Shown here one piece after another: positions 44,932-54,874 of a stretch of 64,000 nucleotides of DNA. The stretch's first letter is position 1. Each line of letters opens with the position of its first letter. The notes under the pieces were generated by a model, which saw nothing but the letters and a program-made list of their open reading frames with translations, was not told the origin of the DNA and made no database searches. This stretch comes from an uncultured Muribaculaceae bacterium. Its GTDB lineage: Bacteria; Bacillota_I; Bacilli_A; RF39; UBA660. The stretch lies in contig CAYQJD010000001.1 in the NCBI GenBank assembly GCA_964417835.1, positions 2,888 to 66,887 on the forward strand, read 5' to 3'. A program made the translations under genes and the position numbers.

Positions 44932-45987
44932 TTATTTTATAAATAGTCTTACTATATCTTGATAAGTTATTACTATCATTAACAACATCAATAAGAAGAA
45001 ACCGATTGTATGAAACCAATTTTCTACTTCTGGTTTTACAGGACTTCCTTTAATCTTCTCTATAATTACAAATAATATTCTTCCTCCATCAAATGCTGGG
45101 AAAGGGATAATATTGATAAATCCTAAGTTAACAGATAAATAAGCTGTTAAAAATAATATATTTTGAAATCCATATTTTGCTGACTCTCCAACTACACTGT
45201 ACATTCCAACAGGCCCAGATAAACTACTTAAACCTAATTTTCCAGTAAATAGTTTAACTATTATTAAACCCATACTAGATATTACACTATAAAACTTTAT
45301 AAAAGCATACTTAATAGAATGGATAAAGCCTTTCTGTAAACTTCCGCCAACTCCAAAACCAAATATTTTTGTAGAATTTCCTTCTTCGTCAGTTTCTATA
45401 TCTGGTGTTACTTCATATTTTTTTATTGATCCATCTTCTTTTTTTATAACAAATTCATATGAATTACTATCATTTTTTAAAGCGATTGCTAGCTGTATTT
45501 TATCCCAAGTATTAGTTTTAACTCCATTAATACTAATAACTCTATCACCAACTTCAACGCCAGCTTTTTCCATTGCTGAATTTTCAGTTACTAAACCAAT
45601 ATAACTTAATTGTTCTGAACTTCCCCAAATTATACCTTGTATGAAAAATAATATAATTGCAAGTATAAAATTCATTGTTACTCCAGCAACAAGTATTAAA
45701 AACTTTTGATATGGTTTTTTATTACACATATACTGATCTTTTTTTAACTTTTTATCAGTTTCTTCAACAACTTCTCCAGCCATTGCACAAAATCCACCTA
45801 TAGGTAATAGTCTTAGACTATAAATCGTGGGATCATTCTTTCTTTTAAATTTAAATATTCTTGGTCCCATTCCTAAAGCAAATTCCTCTACATATACTCC
45901 ACATTTTTTTGCCATTATAAAATGCCCAAACTCATGTACAAATATAAGTATTCCTAACATTATTATTAATATTATTAAAGTTATCAC
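44932..45987 (-). CDS. rseP: RIP metalloprotease RseP (site-2 protease with PDZ domain)
   Basis: HExxH within TM1 (HEFGHFIMAK), central PDZ domain, and an LDG-type motif (FPAFDGGRI) in the last TM. Confidence 0.85.
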   Translation of the reverse strand: MITLIILIIMLGILIFVHEFGHFIMAKKCGVYVEEFALGMGPRIFKFKRKNDPTIYSLRLLPIGGFCAMAGEVVEETDKKLKKDQYMCNKKPYQKFLILVAGVTMNFILAIILFFIQGIIWGSSEQLSYIGLVTENSAMEKAGVEVGDRVISINGVKTNTWDKIQLAIALKNDSNSYEFVIKKEDGSIKKYEVTPDIETDEEGNSTKIFGFGVGGSLQKGFIHSIKYAFIKFYSVISSMGLIIVKLFTGKLGLSSLSGPVGMYSVVGESAKYGFQNILFLTAYLSVNLGFINIIPFPAFDGGRILFVIIEKIKGSPVKPEVENWFHTIGFFLLMLLMIVITYQDIVRLFIK

Positions 45988-45997
45988 AAATTGCCTC

Positions 45998-46798
45998 CTA
46001 AATGTATCTAGTTAATAAAACAAAAATAAACATAACGAATATAAGACTATCTAACCTATCTAAGATTCCACCATGTCCAGGAATCAAATCAGAAAAATCT
46101 TTTTTATGATATTCTCTTTTGATTGCACTAAAGAATAAATCCCCTAGTTGTCCAACAATACTAATTATTAAAATAATTAATATCGATAAAAAAATATCAG
46201 TATCATTTATTAAATTTATATAATAAACTGAACATATAAAAGTAGATATTATTGATCCAATTAAACAGCCTTCAATTGTTTTTTTGGGACTTATTTTAGT
46301 AAATGTATGTTTACCTACTAACTGACCTCCAAAAAGAGCAAAAGTATCAGTTAAAGTAGTAATTAATATTAGTAATACAAAATGTTTTATATCATAATTA
46401 TAAATAGATATTAACAAATTAAAACCAATACCTATAAATAAAACATTACTTAATAAATGAAAAGCATCATCTATTTTATATCTATCTTTATAAAAAACTA
46501 TGGGTAAACAAATTGCTATAATAATTCCACATATAATTTTATATGATACTCCAAATAATAATCCATACTTTTCAAAATTAGAATATATTAAGAATAAAAC
46601 AGCTATTAATCCAATTGCTTTCATAAGGTTTGGAAATTCAGTACTTTTATCCCTTCTCAAATCTATAAGTTCTTTGTATGCAGCACATCCTATTAACCCT
46701 ACCATCAAAGAATATGGAACTCCACCAATTATAATTAAAGGAATTACTATTATAAGCATAATGATTGCACTAATAACTCTTTTTTTCAATTTAATCAT
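45998..46798 (-). CDS. cdsA: Phosphatidate cytidylyltransferase
   Basis: Polytopic membrane protein with the CdsA C-terminal signature (FSAIKREYHKKDFSDLIPGHGGILDRLDS). Confidence 0.85.
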   Translation of the reverse strand: MIKLKKRVISAIIMLIIVIPLIIIGGVPYSLMVGLIGCAAYKELIDLRRDKSTEFPNLMKAIGLIAVLFLIYSNFEKYGLLFGVSYKIICGIIIAICLPIVFYKDRYKIDDAFHLLSNVLFIGIGFNLLISIYNYDIKHFVLLILITTLTDTFALFGGQLVGKHTFTKISPKKTIEGCLIGSIISTFICSVYYINLINDTDIFLSILIILIISIVGQLGDLFFSAIKREYHKKDFSDLIPGHGGILDRLDSLIFVMFIFVLLTRYI

Positions 46799-46845
46799 CT
46801 ACCATTCTAAATAAAGTATATCATAAATTAAAAAAAAGTCTATTA

Positions 46846-47625
46846 TTATTCTTTTATTATTTCACTTAAATATACAATATTCATATCCATGCTATTTAAT
46901 TTTTTCAAAAAGGTTTTAAAATTGTCTAAAGACAAATTATTATCTATAAAAATAATACTTCCTTTTTCTATTTCTTTTAAACTATTATTAAAATTATTAT
47001 TCTTTAATTCAATAGATGGTTTTACAATATAATATTTTTTTGTAAAACATTCTTCTATATTAGAATAATTTAAAATACATATTTTCTTATTTAGCTTTTT
47101 TTTATTTAATAATATATCTAAATCGTTGAATGATTTTTTATCACTTTCTATATTTATGTTTTCATCATAATCTAATGTTTCATCAATAGTTATAAGTTTA
47201 GAATATTTAATTTTATTATTACTCAAATAATTTAATATATTTTTATTATTATTTATTAATAAGCTAACTTGCCTTATAGATTTGTTACCAGATATTATTA
47301 CTAAATCTTTATTTTCCTCTAAACTAACGTTAGGAATTATATAGTCATAAATTAAATAATTACTATTAAAAGAGCCAAAATCCTTCATATTTAAAAAACT
47401 TTCCATTTCATTTACTTTTTTCCCTTTAATACCTGGAATAATAGTATTATTATCTATAATTGCATCAACGCTTTTTACATAATACGTGTTTGTATTGTTC
47501 TTAATAGATTGCATTAAAGGATTAGAATTAATTGCTAAATCAGTTACAAAATCTGTCAAATAAAATGAAAAAACTAATAAAGATAAAATTCCTAGTAATT
47601 TAAAATATTTCATAGGTCCACCCAA
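46846..47625 (-). CDS. Hypothetical exported/membrane-anchored protein
   Basis: 259 aa. N-terminal hydrophobic segment. Asn/Lys-rich. No motif recognised. Occupies the position usually taken by uppS/frr upstream of cdsA. Confidence 0.35.
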   Translation of the reverse strand: MGGPMKYFKLLGILSLLVFSFYLTDFVTDLAINSNPLMQSIKNNTNTYYVKSVDAIIDNNTIIPGIKGKKVNEMESFLNMKDFGSFNSNYLIYDYIIPNVSLEENKDLVIISGNKSIRQVSLLINNNKNILNYLSNNKIKYSKLITIDETLDYDENINIESDKKSFNDLDILLNKKKLNKKICILNYSNIEECFTKKYYIVKPSIELKNNNFNNSLKEIEKGSIIFIDNNLSLDNFKTFLKKLNSMDMNIVYLSEIIKE

Positions 47626-47836
47626 TTAAATATATAAAATTATTACTAAATTAATTACATTTTATTTATATAATATTTTTTAGATCAATTTATTTTAAAA
47701 AGACAAAAACAATAAAGATATAAAAAAATTTATATCTTAGTTTGTTTAAAATTGTATAATAAAAAGTGGTTCATATCAATAGGATTTTTATGTACCACTT
47801 TTATTTTACATTTTTAATAGAAATTATGTTTTATTA

Positions 47837-48169
47837 TTAAGAAACTTCACTTTTTTTACTTGCAAGAAAACTAATTTTATCTACAATTATTTCTGTAATA
47901 TATTTTGTTTCACCATCTACTTCATAATTTCTTACTTGAACTCTTCCCCTTACACCAACTAAATCTCCTTTTTTACAATATTCAGAAGTATTAAACGCTA
48001 TTCCATTCCATAATATACATTTTATAAAGTCTGATTCATATATACCATTAGAATTTTTAAATCCACGTTGAACTGCTAAAGTAATAGTAGTATAATCTCT
48101 TGAATTTTCACTCTTTTTTAATTCAGGATCACTTACTAATCTCCCTATTAAATAAACTAAATTATGCAT
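47837..48169 (-). CDS. ssb: Single-stranded DNA-binding protein, short form lacking acidic C-terminal tail (SsbB-like)
   Basis: OB-fold with LIGRLVSDPEL...TLAV.R.F...G...DFI.C..W...A and RNYE..DG. 110 aa, ending without the DDDIPF tail. Confidence 0.75.
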   Translation of the reverse strand: MHNLVYLIGRLVSDPELKKSENSRDYTTITLAVQRGFKNSNGIYESDFIKCILWNGIAFNTSEYCKKGDLVGVRGRVQVRNYEVDGETKYITEIIVDKISFLASKKSEVS

Positions 48170-48330
48170 AAATTTCTCCTTTCAAAAAGAAAGATAACAA
48201 TAAATAATTCTTTAGTCAAAATTGAGTTTTTTAATATTTGTAATAAAAAAGATACAAAAAAAAAGAAACTTATTACAGATATCAAAAATTGTTTCTTTTA
48301 TTAATTCAAAAGTTTTATTTTAGAACTTTT

Positions 48331-50262
48331 TTAATTTATTTTATAATCATCTTCCATAGAAAATATTACATTTTCATTTATCCATTCTTTTCTAGGTTCT
48401 ACTATATCACCCATTAATGTACTTACTCTCTTTTCTGCTAATGCTGCATCATTTATAGAAACCTTTATTAAATTTCTAGTATCTGGACACATGGTTGTTT
48501 CCCAAAATGGACCGGGATTCATTTCTCCTAATCCTTTGTATCTTTGTACTTTATAATTATTTTTTCCATTAGTGTACTCTCTTAATTCTTCTGTTGTCCA
48601 AAAATAACTTGTTTCTTTATTATAATCAACTCTATATAAAGGTGGCATAGCAATATATAAGTGCCCTGTTTCTACTAATGGTCTCATAAATCTATAAAAG
48701 AATGTTAACAATAAACACTGTATATGAGCTCCATCATCATCGGCATCTGTAGTTATAATAACTTTGTCATAATTAATATCTGAAATATCAAAATCATTTC
48801 CTACTCCCGCTCCAATGCAATGTATTATTGTATTAATCTCTTCATTTTTAAATATATCAGCCATTGAAGCTTTTTCAGTATTAATTATTTTTCCTCTTAA
48901 AGGCAAAATTGCTTGAAATTTTCTATCTCTACTCTTTTTTGCTGTTCCGCCAGCAGAATTTCCCTCTACAATAAAAAGCTCGTTAATCTTTGGATTCCTT
49001 GCTTGAGGCGGAGTTAATTTTGCACTTAAACTTTTTAACTCACTTTTTTTACTTTTTCCATTTCTTGCTTCTTCTCTAGCTTTCCTTGCTGCCTCTCTAG
49101 CTGATTTACTTTTTTGAGCTTTCTCAATAATTATTAAAGCAGTATCTCTATTTTCTTCTAAGAAAAACTTTAAATTATCATAAACTATACTTTCAACTAC
49201 GCTTCTAGCTTCGGGAGTTCCTAATTTACCTTTAGTTTGGCCTTCAAATTGTAAAAACTTTTCTGGAATCTTTAAATTTATAACTGCTGTTAATCCCTCT
49301 CTTACATCACTCCCATCAAAATTAGAATCTTTATTTTTTAATAAATTATTAGATCTAGCATAATCATTAAATACTTTTGTAATACCAGTTTTAAATCCAA
49401 CTTCATGAGATCCACCATCGATTGTTTTAACATTATTTACAAATGAAATAATATTCTCATTATATGAATCGGTATATTGTAATGCAATATCAACTTCAAT
49501 ATCACTCTTAATTCCATGTATTGGAACAACTTTATGCAAACTTGTTTTCCCATCATTTATATATTCAACAAATGCTATTAAACCATTTTCGTAATGATAT
49601 TTAACTGTTTTATTATCTAATACATCAGTTAATTCAATAGTTAATCTATTTAATAAAAATGCACTTTCTTGCATTCTTTCACAAAGTGTTGTAAAAGAAA
49701 ATTCATTTTGTTTAAAAATTTCTTTATCAGGCATAAAGGTTACTGTAGTACCTGTCAATTTAGTAGTTCCAATTTGTTTTAACGGACTTGAAACGTGACC
49801 TCCATTTTTAAACTTTATATTGCTAATTAAACCATCTCTAAATATTGTAACCTCCATCCATTCAGATAAAGCATTTACAACACTAGCACCTACTCCATGA
49901 AGACCTCCACTTACTTTATATCCTGATTCATTAAACTTTCCTCCTGCATGCAAAATAGTATAAATTACCTCCGGAGTACTTTTTCCGCTAGAATGTTTCC
50001 CAATAGGAACTCCTCTACCATCATCACTTACAGTTAAGCTTCCATCTTCGTTTATTGTAACTTTTATTAAAGATCCATATCCATTTATTATCTCATCTAT
50101 TGAATTATCAATAATTTCCCAAGCTAAATGATGAAGTCCTCTCTTATCAGTTGATCCAATATACATTCCTGGTCTTTTCCTTACTGCGTCTAAACCCTCT
50201 AAAATTTTTATTGAACTCTCATCATATTTTGCCATATCATTCACCCTTATAAATTTTAACAT
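48331..50262 (-). CDS. Type IIA DNA topoisomerase subunit B (GyrB/ParE family)
   Basis: GHKL ATPase N-terminus (LEGLDAVRKRPGMYIGST), Toprim domain (EGNSAGG), and PLRGKIIN. 643 aa. No A-subunit gene is adjacent. Confidence 0.85.
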   Translation of the reverse strand: MLKFIRVNDMAKYDESSIKILEGLDAVRKRPGMYIGSTDKRGLHHLAWEIIDNSIDEIINGYGSLIKVTINEDGSLTVSDDGRGVPIGKHSSGKSTPEVIYTILHAGGKFNESGYKVSGGLHGVGASVVNALSEWMEVTIFRDGLISNIKFKNGGHVSSPLKQIGTTKLTGTTVTFMPDKEIFKQNEFSFTTLCERMQESAFLLNRLTIELTDVLDNKTVKYHYENGLIAFVEYINDGKTSLHKVVPIHGIKSDIEVDIALQYTDSYNENIISFVNNVKTIDGGSHEVGFKTGITKVFNDYARSNNLLKNKDSNFDGSDVREGLTAVINLKIPEKFLQFEGQTKGKLGTPEARSVVESIVYDNLKFFLEENRDTALIIIEKAQKSKSAREAARKAREEARNGKSKKSELKSLSAKLTPPQARNPKINELFIVEGNSAGGTAKKSRDRKFQAILPLRGKIINTEKASMADIFKNEEINTIIHCIGAGVGNDFDISDINYDKVIITTDADDDGAHIQCLLLTFFYRFMRPLVETGHLYIAMPPLYRVDYNKETSYFWTTEELREYTNGKNNYKVQRYKGLGEMNPGPFWETTMCPDTRNLIKVSINDAALAEKRVSTLMGDIVEPRKEWINENVIFSMEDDYKIN

Positions 50263-50307
50263 ATTAAAAATTAAAAAACAAACAAATGAAAAAAATTAAA
50301 CACTCGT

Positions 50308-50577
50308 TTAACTTTTTTCTGCTTCATCATTTACATCATCTATAAGCTTATTTACAAATACAGTCATCAAATAATTTATATCTGCCTCATTAGTAACAGG
50401 TGTTAAAGTATCGTTCTCAGTTTCTTTAAAAAAACAAGACTTACTATCATCATTAGGTAGCTCTGTATCATAATCAACTTCCATTGCAAAATAAAATATA
50501 GAATTATTTTCTTTAGTACTATCAGTCAACATATACTTTTTTCCATTCGATAATTCGACTATTCTTATTTCTTCCAT
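50308..50577 (-). CDS. DUF1292-like small acidic protein
   Basis: 89 aa with LSNGKKYMLTD...FYFAMEVD and an acidic C-terminus, a DUF1292-like pattern. 1-nt overlap with the upstream gene. Confidence 0.4.
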   Translation of the reverse strand: MEEIRIVELSNGKKYMLTDSTKENNSIFYFAMEVDYDTELPNDDSKSCFFKETENDTLTPVTNEADINYLMTVFVNKLIDDVNDEAEKS

Positions 50578-51731
50578 TAAATTTTTCCCATCCCTTTAAG
50601 AATTTCTTCACCTTCTATTGGTAGATTAACAGGTTTATTTTGAGCAATTGTATCTTCATATTCTTCATTTTTTGATTTTCGTTCATTAAATTTTTTTGTA
50701 ATATATTTTACAGGAGTAGTTTTTAATAACATTGAAGTCAATTTAGTTGTCATTGTTTTAATAGGAATCAATTTACTTTCCATACCACCAATTTTAATTA
50801 ATTGCTTCTTTATAAAATTATATTGTTCTTTTCCTAATGATTCTTCTGTAATTGTTTCGCCAGTTTCTTTATTTATTATTGTCTTTCCATCTTTATCTAT
50901 CTCTAAATCATTTTCAGACAAAAACTTTTCTAATTTACTATTTCTATATCTATAATCTTTAAACATCTTATAAATCTTTACCCCTAATGGAGCTAATAGC
51001 AAAGCAAGTCCTGAAGGAACAATGAATGCTGGAATTAATTCTGGACTAGATAGAACAAAACCAGTCCCTAGAACACACGCTAAGCCAGTAAGGATTTTTT
51101 GCTTTCTAGTAAGTTGAACTTTCTTACTACTAACAATTTTTAATGGTTTATCACTTAATTCATTTTCATCTGAGTTGCTGTCTTCTTTTTTATGGTCTTT
51201 TTTTACAATAGGTTCTTCTTTAACTTTATAATAAAGGTCTTCTATTCTATCAACGTATAACTTTTTAGTATCAAAAATTAAAAAATTATGTTTCATATAT
51301 TCAATCATATATTTTTCATTTAAATTATGTTCTTTAATTAAATTTTTATAATTTAAAAGCCAAGTATTAATTAAAGCATCATTAGGATTTTTTAAATCTT
51401 CTTTTAGTTTATTCATCATTTTAATTAATGAAACTTTTACTGTTGAATCACTATTTTGTTCTATAGATTCAATATATGACTTAACTTCATCAGATAATTC
51501 TATATTTTCTGGTTCTTCTTCTAAAGAAAAATCTTCTTCTGTTGCTTTTTTTACCATTTCTTTATAAACTGATTCTTCTTTTTGTTCTATAGGGCTTAAA
51601 TCTCTTATTACGTCTTTATACATATTTTTAGAGAAACTTACTAACTCAGGATTTTGACTATTTTTTATAATATCTTCTAAATATTTTAATAGATCATTAT
51701 ATTTATCAATTATTTTTTGATCTTTTTCCAT
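50577..51731 (-). CDS. Hypothetical protein with central double-TM hairpin
   Basis: 384 aa. Acidic coiled-coil-like N-terminal half, two adjacent hydrophobic helices (ILTGLACVLGTGFVL...IPAFIVPSGLALLLAPLGV), and a basic C-terminal part. Confidence 0.4.
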   Translation of the reverse strand: MEKDQKIIDKYNDLLKYLEDIIKNSQNPELVSFSKNMYKDVIRDLSPIEQKEESVYKEMVKKATEEDFSLEEEPENIELSDEVKSYIESIEQNSDSTVKVSLIKMMNKLKEDLKNPNDALINTWLLNYKNLIKEHNLNEKYMIEYMKHNFLIFDTKKLYVDRIEDLYYKVKEEPIVKKDHKKEDSNSDENELSDKPLKIVSSKKVQLTRKQKILTGLACVLGTGFVLSSPELIPAFIVPSGLALLLAPLGVKIYKMFKDYRYRNSKLEKFLSENDLEIDKDGKTIINKETGETITEESLGKEQYNFIKKQLIKIGGMESKLIPIKTMTTKLTSMLLKTTPVKYITKKFNERKSKNEEYEDTIAQNKPVNLPIEGEEILKGMGKI

Positions 51732-51798
51732 CTCTAAATCACCTAATTCTAATTATAAATTATATATTTTTATAAGTAAATCATTTTTTTTAATATAA

Positions 51799-53124
51799 CT
51801 AATCATTTTCAGTTCCACATTTAGGGCATACTGTTACTATAGAAGGTATTTCTAGACCACATTTAGAACAAATCTTTTTATCACTAGTTTCTAATAATTC
51901 ACTATGTTGAGTATTATTCAATATTGAATTATCATTCGATTCTGTTTTTATATCTGATATTACTGGTTCTTCACTTGCATTATTTATATTATTTTCCATT
52001 GGAGTAGTCACTCCTTGACTATTAAACGCATTTGGTTCTGGCATAATATTAGGCATTGCTGGTTCTTCACTCGCATTATTCATATTATTTTCCATTGGAG
52101 TAGTCATATTTACTTGACTATTAAACGCATTTGGTTCTGGCATAATATTAGGCATTACTGGTTCTTCACTTGCATTATTCATATTATTTTCCATTGGTGT
52201 AGTCATATTTACTTGATTATTAAACGCATTTGGTTCTTCTACAATATTAGGCACTACTGGTTCTGCACTTGCATTATTTATATTGTTTTCCATTGGGGTA
52301 GTCATATTTACTTGGCTATTAAACGCATTTGGTTCTTCTACAATATTAGGCACTACTGGTTCTTCACTTGCAGTATTCATATTATTTTCCATTGGTGTAG
52401 TCATATTTACTTGATTATTAAACGCATTTGGTTCTTCTACAATATTAGGCATTGCTGGTTCTGCACTTGCATTATTTATATTATTTTCCATTGAAGTAGT
52501 CATTCCTTGACTATTAAACGCATTTGGTTCTGGTACAATATTAGGCATTGCTGGTTCTGCACTCACATTATTTATATTATTTTCCATTGGAGTAGTCATA
52601 TTCGTTCCATTATTAATTATATTTGGCTCTGTTTCAATGTTTAACATTCCCATATTATTTTGAACTGGTATATCATTTTGGATTTGACTATTTTCCAATC
52701 CATTATTTATTGTATTTGAAGATGGAGTATCTTCAATACTATCTACTATTACACTATCAGAAAATGCAAGTAGAGGTATGAAAATAATACTAAATAAAGT
52801 TAATCCTATACCAAAACCAGTCCCCTTACCAAATCTTTTGGCAATATTTATATTTAATTTAAACATTACAAAAATATTAACAATAGGTATTAAAGATAAT
52901 ATAATATTTATCAAAGACATTTTGGCTATTTGTAACATAACAATATAATTATAAATTGGTACAAATATTGCCCATCCTGGTTTTCCAGCTTTTTTAAATA
53001 TTTTTATATATGATATTAGATAAATTATTAATAACAATGCTGAAAAAGCCAAACATCCTATAGCTAATAATAATAAACTTTGATCATTCACTGTGCTTTC
53101 AATCAAATCACTATAATTTTCCAT
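51799..53124 (-). CDS. Membrane protein: N-terminal PGW/IPxYN membrane domain (DUF5684-like) + 7 tandem 33-35 aa Asn/Pro/Met-rich repeats + C-terminal CxxC...CxxC zinc ribbon
   Basis: Conserved GKPGWAIFVPIYNY motif in the TM domain. Repeat unit is NMTTPMENN(I/M)NNASEEP(A/V)MPNI(V/M)(E/P)EPNAFN(S/N)QV. C-terminus is CSKCG...CPKCG. Confidence 0.6.
   Translation of the reverse strand: MENYSDLIESTVNDQSLLLLAIGCLAFSALLLIIYLISYIKIFKKAGKPGWAIFVPIYNYIVMLQIAKMSLINIILSLIPIVNIFVMFKLNINIAKRFGKGTGFGIGLTLFSIIFIPLLAFSDSVIVDSIEDTPSSNTINNGLENSQIQNDIPVQNNMGMLNIETEPNIINNGTNMTTPMENNINNVSAEPAMPNIVPEPNAFNSQGMTTSMENNINNASAEPAMPNIVEEPNAFNNQVNMTTPMENNMNTASEEPVVPNIVEEPNAFNSQVNMTTPMENNINNASAEPVVPNIVEEPNAFNNQVNMTTPMENNMNNASEEPVMPNIMPEPNAFNSQVNMTTPMENNMNNASEEPAMPNIMPEPNAFNSQGVTTPMENNINNASEEPVISDIKTESNDNSILNNTQHSELLETSDKKICSKCGLEIPSIVTVCPKCGTEND
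51975..52605. repeat. In-frame tandem repeat array: about 7 copies of a 99-bp unit (one 105-bp variant), more than 85% identical
   Basis: Seen directly. The unit ACGCATTTGGTTCT...ATATTAGGCA...CTGGTTCT(T/G)CAC...GCATTATT(C/T)ATATT...TTCCATTGG is repeated head to tail. The antisense ORF 52015..52494 is a mirror artefact of it. Confidence 0.85.
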
Positions 53125-53138
53125 ACTTATTTCTCCTT

Positions 53139-53639
53139 CTAAATCACACCATAAGGTGATACATTTTTTTCTTTTTCATATTTTGCATTTGAAAATCCTA
53201 GTATAGGATAAAAGATAAATGGTAAAAATGTTAACCCCAATGCAAACAAGTAATTTTTATTAAATCTTTTAGAAATATTATAATTTATGCAATATAAAAC
53301 GAAATAAAACATAGTAATTATTAATATACTAAAATTTTTTTTAATTGATACTTTTACAAAAATAAAATTAGTAATATATTCTATTTTAGCTAATAATATT
53401 ATAATAAAATACCACCATTTTATAGAAGATATCTTTATTAAAATCCAATAATTATAAATTGGTATAATTGAAGTCCAACCTGGTTTTAGAGCTTTCTTAT
53501 ATACTTTCCATTTTCCAATTATTTCAAATATTTTTATAACTAGATATATTATTATAACAATTATAATTGCTAATTTTATAGGTGCAAAAGAAATATTTGA
53601 CATCCTATACTCCTCTCTATTATTGATTATATAAAACAA
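53139..53639 (-). CDS. Paralogous small membrane protein with the same PGW/IPxYN domain (DUF5684-like), no repeats
   Basis: 166 aa. KPGWTSIIPIYNYWIL parallels the downstream paralog. Four predicted TM helices. Confidence 0.5.
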   Translation of the reverse strand: MFYIINNREEYRMSNISFAPIKLAIIIVIIIYLVIKIFEIIGKWKVYKKALKPGWTSIIPIYNYWILIKISSIKWWYFIIILLAKIEYITNFIFVKVSIKKNFSILIITMFYFVLYCINYNISKRFNKNYLFALGLTFLPFIFYPILGFSNAKYEKEKNVSPYGVI

Positions 53640-53843
53640 TTAATATAAATTCAAGAAAAAATATTTAATTATAATTTGTATTACTACTATTCATTTTTAT
53701 TAAGCATCTTTGTCTAAATTTTATAATAGCAATAAAGAAAAATATTTTATAGGATTAGAAATTTTATTGTTTTAGTTGTTTCTAAGTCCACCCCGCAGTT
53801 CAATTAAAAATTCCATTTTATCAACTCCTTTAAATTTAATTTA

Positions 53844-54734
53844 TTATTTTATTCTTTCTTTAAGAATATCATCATCTTTTAAAGTACCTATTAACAAACT
53901 GCTATTTTTATCATGTGCTTTCATATTATTAAGTACTTGTTTTTCATCATAATTAGCATAACAATATTTACACATATGATTACAAGAATTATATACTCCA
54001 ATATCTACCATTCCTACACAATGACATTTTCTTTCCTTTCTTGCTTTCCATTCATTTTTAAAAACTTTACCAGTTAATTTAAAAGCTAATTCATGAGATA
54101 GGCATTCACCTTTTGTAAAACCATACTCTGTTAAATCTCTATCTTCAAAACAAGTATGAACTATTAACCCATGTTTTTTAGCACTCTTACTAAAATATTC
54201 ACCAATAGTTTTATAATCATTTTCAGTAAATTCTTTAAAATTTAATATTTTTTCATTCTTTCTAACATTTTTATAATCATCAATAAATGAAATTAAAATT
54301 TTACTTACATATCCTTCTAAAATATTACATAATTTATCAAATGCTTTTACATGATATTCTAAATTATACTTATCACTTATGAATACTGGATCATATCTTA
54401 TTACTAAATTATCTTTTCCTATAATATTTGATAATTCTTTTATAGCTTCAATAATTTTATTTTTTGGTGGAACATTTGGTTCAATGTCTTTTTTATATGA
54501 TGTCAATGTCACATGAAATAATATTGGCTTATCTATTTCTTTAATATATCTTAAAATTGGAATAGGATTTTTAGTACAAAATAAAATAGCGTCCACATTA
54601 TTAAAATTAATTCTACTTACCATATTCGGATTAAAGGGATTTCTAACATCTACAAATCCTTCTCTATATCTATTAATAAACCACTCAGTATAGAATGCTA
54701 CTATGTCTGTTCTTCCACTTACATTTAAAATCAT
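53844..54734 (-). CDS. DUF1848 domain protein (putative Fe-S/metal-binding enzyme)
   Basis: N-terminal SGRTDIVAFYTEWFINRYREGFVDVRNPFNP matches the DUF1848 consensus. C-terminal Cys cluster CHC...C.HMCKYC. Confidence 0.55.
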   Translation of the reverse strand: MILNVSGRTDIVAFYTEWFINRYREGFVDVRNPFNPNMVSRINFNNVDAILFCTKNPIPILRYIKEIDKPILFHVTLTSYKKDIEPNVPPKNKIIEAIKELSNIIGKDNLVIRYDPVFISDKYNLEYHVKAFDKLCNILEGYVSKILISFIDDYKNVRKNEKILNFKEFTENDYKTIGEYFSKSAKKHGLIVHTCFEDRDLTEYGFTKGECLSHELAFKLTGKVFKNEWKARKERKCHCVGMVDIGVYNSCNHMCKYCYANYDEKQVLNNMKAHDKNSSLLIGTLKDDDILKERIK

Positions 54735-54874
54735 ATAACCTCCTATACAATTTAATATTTTTGCGTTTAATTAACATAATAATTGTACCATAAAAAAAGC
54801 AAATCCAATATATATTGATTGATATGCTTTTAATAAAATATTTTTTTAGAAATATAATTATTATTAGTATTTAA

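Noticed and set aside
52015-52494. 159-aa plus-strand ORF with internal repeats
   Set aside because: Antisense mirror image of the 99-bp tandem repeat array inside gene 51799..53124. Its repetitive translation is an artefact of the repeats.
51975-52605. Possible CRISPR array suggested by regularly spaced repeats
   Set aside because: The repeats are contiguous, about 99 bp, in-frame and coding, with no unique spacers. This is a protein repeat domain, not a CRISPR locus. No cas genes are present in the window.
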